This document shows positions 1-28,480 of a DNA stretch of 64,000 nt, one piece after another. The translations under genes were made by a program, and so were the position numbers. Within the stretch, counting starts at the first letter, position 1, and every line of letters starts with the position of its first letter. Origin of the DNA: Chrysomallon squamiferum (taxonomy: Eukaryota; Animalia; Mollusca); the NCBI GenBank assembly GCA_012295275.1, contig CM022672.1, positions 8,556,001 through 8,620,000 of the forward strand. Reading direction: 5' to 3'. The notes below the pieces were generated by a model. That model had not been told where the DNA came from. It did no database searches and worked only from the letters and a program-made list of their open reading frames with translations.

Positions 1-172
1 ATGTCTGTGTTGGCGCGTATTTTGAAATGTATACTGTAACCTGTGTTTATAATGTGCTGATACACAGAATGTTAATATCTCAGAATGCAGGAACATCAGT
101 GAATATGGAAAAAATAGCAGATTTATTTATTTATTTATTTATATGTATTGATTCAGAATGGTGATAAGTTAC

Positions 173-3100
173 CACAGCATTGACGTCACATCCTCTCCTC
201 ATCAGGTCATGTACAAGAGGCGGGTCTCCAGCGTGAACGGCAAAATGCAAAACTGTCCGATCATTGTTGTCGACTACATCTAGGTCCGTCCCAGCTCGTA
301 TTAGAAAATTAGCAACATCCAGGTGTTTCCTATAGTTTAATACGTTAAAGAGGTGGACAATTTAGAATTTGATAAAATAAATAAATAAATAAATATAAGA
401 TAAATATTTATATTTAAGGAAAATAAAAATGCTGATCATTTGTCAATTTTCATTTTCATGAAAGGTAATCACAGTTTCATATATAACAGGTTTAATTTTT
501 ATACAGACTCTGATCATTAATTCATAAATGTTTACGTTCAAAATTAAGATATATTTGTCTTTTTTCTGCGGTTTTCTCAAACAACAATTTAAAATTTACT
601 ATAATTCAGTAAAACCTACTTGTCGAGTGACTGAAAAAGTGGAGTGTGACCTCCCTGAGTCCCTCGCATTAATGTCTGCCCCTCTGTCTAACAGAAACTG
701 AACAACTTCAAGTTTTCCTTTATCAGCTGCTATGTGTAAAAGAGTGAAGCCATTGGCTGGTTGATTTTTTATCTGGAATTAAAACAGTGTGTGTTTACTC
801 AATTAAAAACTTTTTTATTAACAACTTCCCTATTATAGAATGTGTAAAATATATTTAAGTATTTTTGAAATTAAACCTCAAGATATTTGAACATCATCTA
901 ACGAAATAAAAAATGTTCTTTAACTCATCTGTAAACGTAAATATTTTTATTTGATATTATAAACGTGAAATTATTTGACTTCATTTTTTTTAACTGCAAG
1001 TTTTAGTCATTTAACAAAATATTTTTATTTGATATTATAAACTTATTAAATTTACCAGATGAGGATATTTTTCTAAAATCTTCTTGATTTCATCAACATC
1101 AGACTTTTCAAGAGCTGTTAGAAATTCATCTGCACCATCTGCTTTAGTCCCTGTAAGGTCAGACAGAGCTTCCAGAGATTTTTTCCACGCTGGGGAATAT
1201 ACAAATAATGTTTGATGAAGATAGCAGATTTCAGTCTTTCTAACGTTAGATGGTCGATTTGTTTAATGTTATAAAGGTGCCTACATATAATTCAGTATAG
1301 ACCTCTTCACATATAGCCTTAAATGACATCACTGATTTAACAAAAAAATATTATTATAAATACAGTTATTATAAATACAACTTTAATTTCAGAAAATAAA
1401 TATTACAGATATAACGGCAGGTATTACAGAGATATTTTTTATACTGAAGAAATCGTGGTTCTCGAAGCCATTGCATAATATTATCAACAGGCAAGAATAC
1501 ATCAACATATTTGTGGTCATTTATTTAGATAAAAGTATTATTAAAGATATAATTTTTATTAATATTTTGAAATAAAGGTTGACATATAGTATTTTGTTAT
1601 ATTATACTATAACTTTTTTAAAGAATTAATGTCTGTCTCACAAAAAATGAAAGATGAAAGAAATAAACCAGAAACAATATTAATCATATTTAGTTCTTTG
1701 TCATTATTAAAAAATTAAAAAATTAGTTTTTAAAGATTTTCAAAACGAAAGATGACGTTAGATATAGTTAATTGTCATATTAAATTAAATTGTGTTTAAA
1801 TATTAATGCATGCTTGACAAAAAGGGAAACATGTTACCAATTGTAAGAAGCAATATAAAAACAGAATCAATATTAATCAGTGTTTACCTTCCGTTAATTT
1901 AGACAGAGCTCCTAAAGGATCTGAAGGCAGGTCTGATTTCAGACTGTCTAAAACTGCTTTCAAGCCTAAAGGATCTGAAGGCAGGTCTACATCCACACTG
2001 TCTAAAAGTCCTTTCAAGTCTAAAGGATCTGAAGGCAGGTCTGATTTCGAGGCTGGAAGGCAGCAGGCCGGATTGTAACGAACAAGTGGAAGTCCAAATC
2101 TGACTAAGAGATCACCATCGTCTAAAACTTTGACAACCTTTCCCACTTTACCAAGAAACTGAAACACATAAACATTTCAAACATTATCTAAAAAGTCAGC
2201 TATTACAAAATAACAGAAAGTGATAATATTAAGTTTTCTATTTACTTTACCAAAACAAATAAACATCTCAAACATTATTAAAATATTTATACATGAAAGT
2301 ATGATACAATGTGACAATATTAAATTTATTATTTTGTTTGCCAGGATGGTCGAACACATAAACATTTGAAAAACATAAAATTTTACACCATTTGTTAAAA
2401 ATGTATAAAAATTTATCTTAGACATGCGCAAAAATATATAAAAACACACGCACATTCCTACGTACATATATACACAAAACTGCATTACAAAAATATATAC
2501 ATACATATAAATATACATATATATACATGCAGAAACAAGCATAAGCATTCTATTATACATGGACAAATACATGTCATGTTTGATTTGCATCTGACATAAA
2601 ATATGACAGACATACATATACATGTGTCTACGTACATAGATTTATACACACACACAAACACACAAACAGATATACACAGATATTCTATTATAGACGCAAG
2701 ATTTCCTAAATACATTTTAAAAAAGTTTTGAATTTGCATCTGACATCAAAAACCAAACCTGAGTCATTTTACCATTCCAACCTCCGTGACGTTTTTGTAA
2801 GCGTTTCACCGTCTCCTTGTCATCAAGAATTCTAACTGCACTCCCTTTCTTAAACTGTAATAACAACACAAATAAACTTAAACACTACTTTTTCTTAAAC
2901 TGTAATAACAACACAAACTTAAACACTACTTTTCTTCCACTGTAATGAAAAATATACAAAACAGAAACAATAACAACAAAATAAACTTAAATACTACCTT
3001 TCTTAAACAGTAATAACATCATAAATAAACAATCACTACATTTCTTAAACTGTAATAAAATAACAACACAAAAAACTTAACACACTAACTTTTTTAAACT

Positions 3101-5972
3101 GTAATAATAACAAAATAAACTAAACACTACCTTTCTTTTAAACTGTAATAATAACAAAAAATAAACAAAATACTTAAACTTTCTTTAACACTATAACAAC
3201 ACAAATTAACTTAAACACTACATTTCTTAAACTGCAATAAAAAACAATGAAAAAACTTAAACATTACCTTTCTTAAAAATGCAATAACAACACAAATAAA
3301 CAGAAACACTATCTTTCTTAAAATGCAATAACAACACAAATAAACTTAAACACTACCTTTCTTGACTGTAACATGACAAATAGATGTCACCTTTCTTAAA
3401 ATTAAATTAAATTAATCAACAAATAACTTAAACACTATATTTCTTAAACTGTAAATAAAATAACAACGCAAATAAACTTAAACACTACATTTCTTAAAAC
3501 TGCAATAACAACAAAAGTTAAAATAATAACTTATTGTAATAAAAAAAATAAACTTGCAAAATTTCTTAAGTTAGTAAAAAACAAATATAAAAACATTATC
3601 TTTCCAAAAATCTATTAAAAACAACAACACAAACTTAAACACTGTTTTTCATAAACTGTAAAAAATAATCAAATAATAAAACAAACAAAAACAAATAAAA
3701 TTAAAACTGTAATATAAAATAAACAAAACACTATTTTAAAACGCAATAACAACACAAATAAACTTAAGAAGTTTCATTCTTAAACTGTAATTAAAATTTT
3801 CCTTCCAACAAATTAATAATCAGCAATTGTTATCTGACTTATTATGAAAAAAATGTACACAGGAAAGAACAACGTCAAAAAAAAAAATTAACAATAAAAA
3901 TTAATAATCATAACTGATATGATAAAAAATAATTTTATTTAGAGAAACGTTTTAAAAATTACAACGATTATTACAATGAATTAAATTTTGAATCATTTCA
4001 AATGAAAGGTTTACAAATAAAATAATTATTCACAAAAACAGATTTAAAATCAGACCTTGTTTTTACTTGATGAACCATGTTTTCCTTCATACTAAATATT
4101 CCAAAGTTTTACAACATCAGCATCTGAGAATAATAATATTACACAGAATATTTTGAAAAATATTTGACAATATTATTTGGTGTCTTAACAATATTTAAAT
4201 AATATTATTTATATTTTTCAATTGTCAAATATTTTTATATAAAATGATTTAAATTATTAATATCAATGTTACCTAGAATGTTTTTAACAATATTTGTATC
4301 TTGTTTTGACTCTGTGAATCAAACAGAACATTTCAAAAATATCTGTATATTTCATTTCTTTTTCAGAATCTTTTGAATAGTAAACAGGCAAAATTATTTT
4401 AAGTGTGAGTCTTACCTAGAACGGGCAAATGTTGAGGGTAACACTGAGGTCCTAGTGCAGGTTCAATACAATGGACATCAACTTGACCCTGATGACCAAC
4501 ACGACACGTAGTTGTCTCCCCTGTCTCCCAGGCAACAGTCACTGCAGATCTGTAGGATTTGGAATCGTGACTGATAAATCCCTGTGTCACTGTCCCTGTT
4601 TTACCTTGTCCACCTGTAAAATGTGTATGTTTTTTTCGATAAAACTGATATCGTAAGACAATAACCAGTTATTTTTTATCCTGCATAAAAATGCAGAATA
4701 ATACAAAACTAAATTAAATTAGTGAAGTAAAGAGAGCAGCAGATTCATGCATACTGATTTTTATTGTGTTATATATTTTTAAAAAAAAACTTATTTGTTT
4801 TATACAAACCTAAACAACATAATATGTTGAATGTTATTTATTAAAGTAAATAGTGTTCTGAAATGATATATTTTGGTTTTGTGCCCGAAAATATAAATAT
4901 CTACTTAGTCATAATATATATAGTGTAAAATAATAACATTTTAATATCAAGTTCAAAATAACAACATTTTTATAACAATCCTATTAATAACAGAAGCATA
5001 TATTTATTTTCTCATTTGTTATTCAGAAGACAACACATTGAAATTTTTTTTCATTCACCGTCTTTGTCATCCTGGTCCCAGTGTGTTCCTCGGGTGACCA
5101 CAGCGCTAGGAAATATACCGTATGTTTGAATCGTAGATGTGGTGAACCGTGCAGGTACGAGAGAGCTGTACAAGACATAAAAATGAAACATCCATTACAT
5201 AATAACATCAAACTTTAGAATTTACACTGCATTTTAAATATTAAAATCCTTGCTGTTTCAGTTATTCTGTGGGTTTCATGATTTATTTATTTTTTTTATT
5301 TATTTACCCTTCTGATGTCGCTGTGTCGTATCGAACAAAGTCGTGTGAACGATCATGCTTTCCCATGAAGTAACACAAAGAACACAAGTGTAAATCTTCA
5401 CATGTCTTACACGACCATCTCATTCCTATTATATCTTTCTCTCCACATCCATTACAAACTTTGTCTTTATGACGAACTCCTGAAAAGAAAGAATGAAAAG
5501 AAGAATTAAAAAAGAACAAAATGATATATCTCTGAATACATTATTTACTTTACTTATAAATTAAAATAAGTAATTATATATGAAGAAAAAATATTTCAAG
5601 ATAAAAATAAATAAAAAATAAATAAAAATTTAAGGAAAATATTCCAAAAATAATATAAATCCTTTTAATTTACTTATTCATTAAATATGTGGAAAACTAA
5701 AATATTATTATTTTATTTTTATTATATTTTTATTTTTAAATATTATTATTATTATTTTTTTTTTACCTAATGTTATTATTGTCTACAATTCTTAAGTCAA
5801 ACTTGTTTCCTTTTCCAGCTGAGGAAATTGTTACTTTTCCGTTGTCCCAAATCACTGTGCATGTTTTATCTTCTGCATAAGACGTTGTTGTTCCCAGATG
5901 ACCTTCACCTCCATCTACCTCTCCTCCTGACCAATCAGGACCTCGCATAACTCGAATCCCAACACCCGCCAT
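173..5972 (-). pseudogene. Mind bomb (MIB2)-like gene A, disrupted; continues off the left edge of the window
   Basis: GT-AG exons 5972-5767, 5479-5308, 5165-5059, 4613-4416, 4123-4056, 2854-2759, 2158-1888, 1189-1056, 772-620 and 329-173. They encode MIB-HERC2 (GIRVMRGPDW..DGGEGHLG..WDNG..FDLR), a ZZ finger (CNGC..IIGMRWSCKTCEDLHLCSLCY..H..SH), a second MIB-HERC2, one MIB repeat (LQKRHGGW..GKVGKVVKV..DGDL) and ankyrins. Compared with paralogue B, exon 1 is +1 nt (206 vs 205), exon 5 has an in-frame TAG at 4092-4094, and exon 9 is +1 nt (153 vs 152). These could be contig-end sequencing errors. Confidence 0.75.
2845..3790. repeat. ~42-44 bp intronic minisatellite derived from the exon-6 acceptor of gene A
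   Basis: Degenerate tandem units AACACTACCTTTCTTAAACTGTAATAACAACACAAATAAACTTA. The unit includes the exon/intron junction sequence at 2845-2875. Confidence 0.8.
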
Positions 5973-6339
5973 GTTATCTGATTAAGACTACAGTAGAAAT
6001 ACCCAGCACTTTATTTGTTATAGAGTAAATGTATAACTTTTTCACAAGACACAAATAAATATTTCTGTTTCTTTTGTATAATAATCATCAAGGAAATCAA
6101 ACAAAACAGACTACTAAATTCATCATAACTTTCTGCTACTACTACTACTACTATACTACGATTACTGATATTATTACTACTACTACTACTACTACTAGCA
6201 CTACGACTACTGCTACAACGGCTGAAGCTACTACTACTGACACACTGTACATATAGTGACATTAAATCTTTTGTGAACAGATAAATAACGTGATTGTTTT
6301 AATTTTAATTTTTTTTCTTCTTAACTTATTATTTTGAGT

Positions 6340-6720
6340 CAGACATTTAGACAGAAGAAAAAGTAGGTAAGGTTGAGATATTTTAGCTAAAATGAAAAAA
6401 AAATAAAGTTTAGTTTCGGTCAGGTTTTATCTGAAAAGCCGTTTGTGTCGTTGTTAACAAACAGTTATGCTGTCGTTGTACACTAGGACAGAAATTAAAC
6501 ACTTCTACACAAAACACGTTTGTAAATAAACTTTTATATCTAATACTTATCTGTACCTACCTGTATAAAATTAACAAGTTTTTTTTCAGCAAAATGTCTT
6601 TTGAAAAACTTTTGAGGAAACTGAAACTCTACCTGTAATCTATAAATAAAACTTGGAAAACCCGTCAATGTTCTAAATTTAGTCAGACCATGACCGGAAG
6701 AAAATTAACAGATTGTTTAT
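6340..6720 (-). promoter_or_regulatory. Putative promoter and non-coding first exon of MIB-like gene A, with ISRE-like, kB-like and ETS motifs
   Basis: Minus-strand donor CAG/GTAGGT at ~6560. GGAAACTGAAACT at 6616-6628 (GAAANNGAAACT pattern), GGAAAACCC at 6655-6663 and CCGGAAG at 6694-6700. The block is conserved upstream of gene B and of the Ig gene. Confidence 0.55.
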
Positions 6721-6902
6721 TTATGTATTCGTTTATTCGTTTCTTTCTTTCTTTGTCTTTGTCTGATTGAGTTGTATAAATATAAATAATCTCACTGAAC
6801 ATGACGAATCAAACAATTGTTTCTCACTGATTAGTAGCTGTCCGCGTTTATCCTCTTCCACTCATCTGGTCATTCCGTGATGAACGATCAGTGAAATCTA
6901 GT

Positions 6903-6970
<68 letters not shown>

Positions 6971-7888
6971 CATTTTAAATTATTTCATTTATTAATTTAT
7001 TTATTCATCTTTATTATTTATTTACAGTTTAATGTTTGTTTGTTCTAATTTTATCGTTGTAACTGAGTAGCAGTCTGCAGGCATCGACAGTAAGACAGTA
7101 TTAAACGGCTGGTTCAGTCTAATCATAACTGTTTCTGACTAGCACGACTGGTCGTGTTCGTAATTTATGAACGGTGAATATTATTTATTTACAGTTTAAT
7201 GTTTGTTTGTTCTAATTTTATCGTTGTAACTGAGTGCAGTCTGCAGGCATATTCATAACTGTTTCTATTTTTATGAACGGTGAATTCATTTGCCGTCCAT
7301 TACAACATTAATATATTCTATTTTTATTCTTCAGAGGATTGACGAATTATTAAACTATCGACGCAGAAGTCGCTGGTTCTATAAATAGACGTGACGTGGC
7401 GTGACGTGGGCAGTGAATAACTAAACAATCCCGACTTGGTGCTAACCGCTGGCGGACATGGACATTTTTGTAGAGCCGGCATTCGTTACCACTCGGTCGA
7501 TTCCGTGCCTTTTGATACATTCGGAACACCTCGTACGTTTCTCTGAAATACAAGTGAAGCGGAATATGACGAGGTGTTCCGACTGACCCGAATCAACCGG
7601 GAATTATAGTATGTGTGTGTGTGTGTGTGTGCGTGTGCGCAAGCGCGCTAAATTTAGTACGCATAAATCTATGCCATAAATACTATCAGATTTTTTGTTT
7701 TCGTCCAATAAATCGAAAAGGCAATAAAATGCAAAGCATATAATTGTGTACGTTCTTTGAATAAATATTTTCTGAGTTTTTCAAATATACGACAATCCAT
7801 TCCGTTTTCGGGTTGTTTACGGTCGTAATCAAGCAGGCAACATGGACCTGCGTAAATACGGGTTTTCATCTGACAAACACGTCAGAAA

Positions 7889-9333
7889 TTGATTTGTCCA
7901 AGAAAAGAAGGGGTAAGGCAGAATCTAAAGAGAAAATATGAAAAAGAAAAGAGAAAACGACAGTTCTGCCAGAAATGGAAAGACGAGGTCTTGTGGCTTG
8001 ACTACGATGAAGAAAGCGATACCATATTCTGCATCGCATGTAGAAAATATGGAATTGTTGGGAGATTTGTCAAGGGTACAAATAATTTTAGAACTGATGC
8101 AATAAAAACAATAAAAAGCCACTCTGAATCCTTGTCACATACAAAACAAAACACACAAAAAAAAAAAACACGTTTGACATGAAACGCATACCGGCACAGT
8201 TGTTCCTTGGAGTCCGACTCTGGTCCCAGTGGGGTTCAAGCTCATCATCCGGTTGTAATTGGTTCTATGGATGTTGTTATTCGAAGGCTCAATGAAGATG
8301 AAAGGAATCAGTTAACTGGTTGCTTTGATACTGCATATTTTATTGCTAAGGAAGAGTTGCCATTTACCTTGCATCCCAGTTTACTGTCACTTCAAAGAAA
8401 AATGGTGTTATTTTACCAAACAGTTATCGTACTGATCAAGCCTGGAATACATTTATAATGGCATGCAAAATGAATCATTGGGCTTGGTTAAAAATGCCAG
8501 TGTTTATCGATCACGTTTGACTGTGCTACAGATGTCTCTGTCAGTGAAAGTGAAATAGTTTCTGCCAGGGTTTTTGAGTAAGGTGTCACACACAATTTAT
8601 TTGTGAAGATAAATGCAGTAGAGCATGCAGGTGCAGAGGGTGTTCTGGATGCAACTGAAACAGCCATGGACAGTGTAGATCCTGGTTGGGACTGGAAACA
8701 AAAACTTGTAGCAACAGGATCAGATGGTGACAGTGTGAACTTGGGGAAAAGACATAGTGTGGCTAAGTTGCTTAAAGACCAGGTACCTCGCTTGTTTGCC
8801 ATGCACTGTGTTAGCCACATACTTGAACTCGGTATCATAGATGCAATGAAGAAAAATGATGGTAAAATGTTTGATGATCTCAAGTCTGTACTAATGAATT
8901 TATATAAACACTACGACTACTGTGCTAAGGCACTGAGAGAACTACAACTGTTGTCGGAGGTAATGGAAGAAAAGATGGTCAAACTTGTCAGTCTGTTTGG
9001 TTGATGTCCTTTTGAGTAAGTACTCTACATTTGTAGCACTTTTTGCAAACAAACTCAAGAGGAAGTTGGGGACTGTTGATGTTCAAGCCAGAGTACAACT
9101 TATTCTTAGACATCTGAAGGACTATAATCTTTCGAACTGCATGCACTTTTTGAAGGATGTATTAGCAATACTGACTGAGTTGTTCCTGCACTTTCAGAAG
9201 AGTAGCTGTGGGTTACCTGAAGCAACTGAGGCCCTGGAGACTGCACGTTTAAGACTCTCAGCTCTACAACAGTTGCCGGGTGTTAACTTGCAGAATTTTC
9301 GGGACACTATCACCAAAGACCATAAGTTTAAGA
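7889..9333 (+). mobile_element. Decayed hAT-superfamily transposase (ZNF862/TTF-zinc-finger type), truncated by the gap
   Basis: Broken ORFs 7889-8182 (RQFCQKWKDEVLWL..IFCIACRKY..FVKGTNNFRTDAIK..H..SLSH, a TTF-type Zn finger), 8207-8458 (TAYFIAKEELPFT), 8603-9004 (GSDGDSVNLG..HCVSHILELG) and 8985-9333 (FLKDVLAILTELFLHFQK). Multiple stops and frameshifts. Confidence 0.8.
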
Positions 9334-9533
9334 NNNNNNNNNNNNNNNNNNNNNNNNNNNNNNNNNNNNNNNNNNNNNNNNNNNNNNNNNNNNNNNNNNN
9401 NNNNNNNNNNNNNNNNNNNNNNNNNNNNNNNNNNNNNNNNNNNNNNNNNNNNNNNNNNNNNNNNNNNNNNNNNNNNNNNNNNNNNNNNNNNNNNNNNNNN
9501 NNNNNNNNNNNNNNNNNNNNNNNNNNNNNNNNN
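9334..9533. other. Assembly gap (200 N)
   Basis: Run of N. Confidence 0.99.
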
Positions 9534-9724
9534 TACGTATTGCTAAATGCGGTGGGAAGAACATGCGTACTCTATTTCAGTTTCGATATACTTTCCAATC
9601 GATATGTCAAAAAAAAAAAGAAATACAAAAAAAAAAAAAAAATAATAATAATAATAATAATAACTAAATAAATAAATAAAAAAATAAAATGGAAAAAAAC
9701 AACGAAAATTTATTTTTATCTATT

Positions 9725-23554
<13,830 letters not shown>

Positions 23555-23924
23555 GTTATCTGATTAAAACTACAGTAGAAATACCCACAACTTTATTTGC
23601 TATAGACTGAATTTGTAACTTGTTAATAAGACACAAATAAATATTTCTTTTTTTTGATTATCACTACTAGTACTACTTCTACTGCTACTACTACTACTAC
23701 CACTACTTCTACTGCTACTATTACTACTACTACTAACTACTACTACTACTAACTACTACTACTGTGTTACTATTACTACTACTTTTATAATGACGACTAC
23801 TGCTACCACAACCACTACTACTACTACTGACACTCTGTAAATACACTGACATTAAAACTTTTGTGAACAGATAAATTGATTGTTTCAATTATTATTTTTA
23901 TTCTTCTTAACTTATTATTTTGAT

Positions 23925-24300
23925 TCAGACATTTAGACAGAAGAAAAAATAATTAAGGTGAAATATTTTAGCTAAAATGAAAGAAGTAAAGTTTAGTTTC
24001 GGTCAAGTTTTACATGAAAAGCCGTTTATGTCGTTGTTAATTAACAGTTATGCTGTCGTTGTACACTAGGACAGAAATTAAACACTTCTACACAAAACAC
24101 GTCTGTAAATAAAGTTTTAAATCTATTACTTATCTGTACCTACCTATGAAAAATTAACAGATTTTCTCAACAAAATGTTTTTTTCAAAATCTTTTGAGGA
24201 AATGGAAACACAAGCTGTAATCTATAAATAATACTTGGAAAACCCGTCAATGTTCTAAATTTAGTCAGCACATGGCCGGAAGCAAATTAACAGATTGTTT
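23925..24300 (-). promoter_or_regulatory. Putative promoter and non-coding first exon of gene B (ISRE-like, kB-like, ETS)
   Basis: Homologous to 6340-6720. GGAAATGGAAAC at 24198-24209, GGAAAACCC at 24237-24245 and CCGGAAG at 24276-24282. Donor at ~24142, with a further upstream donor (AG/GTAAGT) at ~24860. Confidence 0.55.
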
Positions 24301-24961
24301 GTTTGTTTGTTTGTTCGTTTCGTTCTCTTTTTGTCCGCTTCCACGCATCTGGTGAAATCAAATCTGATTCCTGTTTTCGAATGAAATCGGCCGGTGAAAG
24401 CTTTTGTTCTTTTTTTTAAAATGTATCCATCTTTATTATTTATTTATTTATCTTTATTATGTATTTACTTGTTTATGTTTATTTGTTTTTCTTGCTTGGT
24501 TCTAATTTTATCGTTGTAATTGAGTGACAGTGATATTTCCTTAGAGCATCAACTCAGCATTTACTCACTTGAATTTTATTTTATTTACTTATTTATTTAT
24601 TCATCTTTATTGTTTATTTATTTATTTATCTTTATTATTTATTTACTTAGTTATGTTTATTTGTTTTTCTTGCTTGGTTCTAATTTTATCGTTTTAAGTA
24701 ACAGTGATATTTCCTTAGAGCATCAACTGAATATTTACTCACTTGAATCTGTTGAGATAATCATAAAAATGAAAGAATGTTTTATTTGACGAACTAAAGA
24801 AAACATAGACAGCTTTATTAGATTTGTTTACAGTTTGGGGCAAGCAACAAAACGTACTTACCTCCCTTGATATAAAGTAAATACGCGAATATTGGACGTA
24901 ACAAAGGTGATTAAAAAGAGAAAGCTCGTTAATTGTAATTTTTAGATTTGTGCTACACTTA

Positions 24962-25109
<148 letters not shown>

Positions 25110-26101
25110 GGTAATAGTAGTAGTAGAAGTAACAAACTCGATGTTCGAATTAGCAGAAACTGACCGAGCTGTATATTTAAAAATTTATAACTGAAAAATG
25201 TCTGTGATTAACTGAAAAAATGGAGGAGTTGGTGTTTTTAAAAAAAACAGGCCAGTTTATTGCACCTCGGTAATTTTCACAATGTTTATATTTTCATTTA
25301 TTTATTTATTTATTATAATTATTATTATTGGGGTATTCGATCTATGTATCTACATATCGATAGCATTGTTGTTATTAATTTTATTTATTTATTTATTGTA
25401 AATGAATTTTTTTTTTTTTTTTTTTTTTTTCCTATCGGCCTTAATCAATTGCTGCATTTTTAAGAAAGCTGGTCTAAGCAAATACAAAAACAGTTAAATA
25501 TGACAGAAAGTGGTCACGTGACCTCTAAACGACCTGGAGACTTGTTTTGAGTGTTTCTTGGTTATGGTTATTATAAGCAATCTCTAGTATCACACTTGTA
25601 ATACATAAAAAATTACCGTTAACACGAATTTATAGCTATGAAGGCCTCTGATGTACACATACAAACACCGACAGACAGATATATAGATATCTTTATTTTT
25701 CTTTTCTTTTTTTAATAAAATTGTTTTAAATATGGAATATTTCTGCTGGTGAAGTATTCAGTTTGAATGATTACTTTTCACATTCTGTTTGTAGCCACGG
25801 GACTGATAAATCTATTTTAGTCGTTAATCTGTCGTGTACAGATCATCATATTGGTAAAAAAAAAAATGTATATTTGTGTATGTAGTACAAAGAAGTCAGA
25901 CGCGTTTTTCGTTTACCCTCAGATATCCACTAAGAATAGATGTCAATATGTATTTTATATTTTCTGTACCTATGGTGAACAGTCCCCCAGGGACACATTT
26001 TTCAAGTATGAGTTCCCCGTATTAGCCACACGGAGGTGGGGGTATCATCACTCACCAGGTGACTCCTTGTCGCTGCCTTTAAGATATGAGATTTATCTAT
26101 C

Positions 26102-26164
<63 letters not shown>

Positions 26165-27143
26165 ATCTATTATTATTATTATTATTATTACATATTTATT
26201 TATTTTTGTTCATTTGTTCATATGCTTATTTATTTATTTTTCTTTCTTTCCTTACATTAATTACATCATCGAAAAATAAATTTTATCCTAATTTTGTTTT
26301 CATTTGTTTCTGTTCTGTTGTAACCTATTCCCTTCTATATATCATTAGTGGTGAGGAATAATAGTTGTGTAGATTTTGTTTTTATTTGTATAAGTTTTCT
26401 TTTAATATAAAAAGTATACGACTCTCCAATATTTTATTTACTTATTAAACTATTCGATGATTTTTTTTTTTTTTATTTTTTTTTATAAATCATTGCTGAT
26501 TGTTAATTTTGAGTTAACGTGTTCAGTCCTTTAAGTATATATTAAAATGTCTTTCACTGCTATTGTGTAAATAATCTATGCAGTCTAAGCAAAACATAGT
26601 TTCTATACCAAAACTAATGTGGAAATTTATATATCAATAAATGAAACACACAGCACGGAAATAATTATTTAAAAGTGACCCGATGTGTTAAAACGAGCTG
26701 CTAAATTCAAATACCAGTATGTATGACTTTGTTATTATATCTTTTTTTGTTGTTGTTGTAATAAAGCATTTCTTGTTATTATTGTACATATTAGATATAC
26801 CGTATAAGACCAAAGTAATACGATATGATATAGTGTGGAGCGAAATACAAATATTAAAATTTTATATCTGTTAAACGTATATGTAAATAACCTCTGTCAT
26901 GTTGTTAATGTAGAAATGCATTAGGCACATCGTTTAGCTTATTTGTCTACTATTAAATAAATTTCCCGTATCACATTTCTATTGTATAGATGTATTATAT
27001 AATCTAATAAATAGAAATTAAACCTAGCTACCATCTTGAAACGATATTAAAGAATCCCCCCTCCAAAAAAAAAAGAATAAATAAAAATAAATAAATAAAA
27101 TAATAGTAATATTATAAACAAATAAAATTTTAAATAAATAAAA

Positions 27144-27190
<47 letters not shown>

Positions 27191-27958
27191 AAATTTAGTA
27201 AAAGGTGATCCCAGATCCTGATCAATACAAAACAGATCGGAATCTGTGTTTTATAAAAATTGATATACCAAGTTTGATAAAAAAAAAAAAAAATCTTGAA
27301 TGCCAAGTTTGAAAAAAATATTTTCGATCAAGAACTTTAAGTGCTGTAATATCTCTAAAACTTCTTTGAATATCGACCAAAAACCTAAAAATAATTAAAA
27401 AAAAAAAGTAATTAGTTATCCTGTACTTACTGGATTTCCAAGAATTAATGAAGTAAATCCACAAAATCTGAGATTAACTCAAATTCAAAATAATCCAAAT
27501 GCTGTCACCTATCATGTTAATTATCGGAGTCACGTCATGCCATTGTTGACGTTGTTTTTATACCAAGACAGCGGACGTCGCTGAAATCAGAAACGACGGC
27601 GCTAATATAAAAGTAACATCAATGCTGTGTTTCTTATTCCCAGTAATTAGTTAATTTCTCTCTTATTTTGTAAAATTTACTTCCGATCTTAATGAAAATA
27701 TTTTGAATACGTGATCTTCCTTGAATACGCTGGTATAATTTTATTCTAAAAATAGTATTTTTTCATGAAATATAATAAACATTACACGATTGAGAAGTTT
27801 TCAAAGTTTAGCACATACTAATTGGTTGTCAAGTATTTAAATTAATGTTTATAGTTTATTAAGTAATTTTTGACCGTACAAAATAACAAATATAAGAAGC
27901 TTATATAATGAAGATATGTCGTGGTTTAGTTCCTGTAATAAATAAATAAAACAATGAA

Positions 27959-28020
<62 letters not shown>

Positions 28021-28199
28021 TAGTAATAGTAGTAGTATTGTACTAGCAGTAACATAAATTTATAAATAAATAAAATCCTCTTTCTCTTGATCTTTCGCTC
28101 GCTCGCTTTCTTTCTTTTACTAAACTGAGTAATGCATCGGTTTTTATGAAAACAAATTTGTTTGTTGAATAAAAATATGTAAGAGAATTCCTATCCAAA

Positions 28200-28480
28200 T
28201 TGTACCACGTACAGTAATACTGCTTTCAAATTCATCTGTCACTGTATCAGTTGTATTGAATATCTCAATACTACAGAAACATCTGAAAAACAGAAAATAC
28301 CTCGTAAAGTAATGTTACTTTTACATTTTTCTATCGCTGTATAAGTTGTTGTATTGACCATCTCAGTACTTTCAGAAATCTGAGTAACAGAAAATACCAC
28401 GTACAGTAATATTACTTTTTAATTTTTCTGTCGCTGTATTAGTTGTATTGACTACAGACACATTCGAGTTTCAGAAAATG
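28200..28480. repeat. Three diverged ~97-bp tandem units
   Basis: TACC(A/T)CGTA(C/A)AGTAAT..GTTGTATTGA..CAGAAAAT recurs at ~28203, ~28298 and ~28396. Confidence 0.7.

Noticed and set aside
2177-2739. Cys/Val/Tyr/Met-rich ORFs (also near 15330-17560, 19340-19883, 30456-30864 and 42893-43147)
   Set aside because: Translations of degenerate (CA/TA)n intronic sequence.
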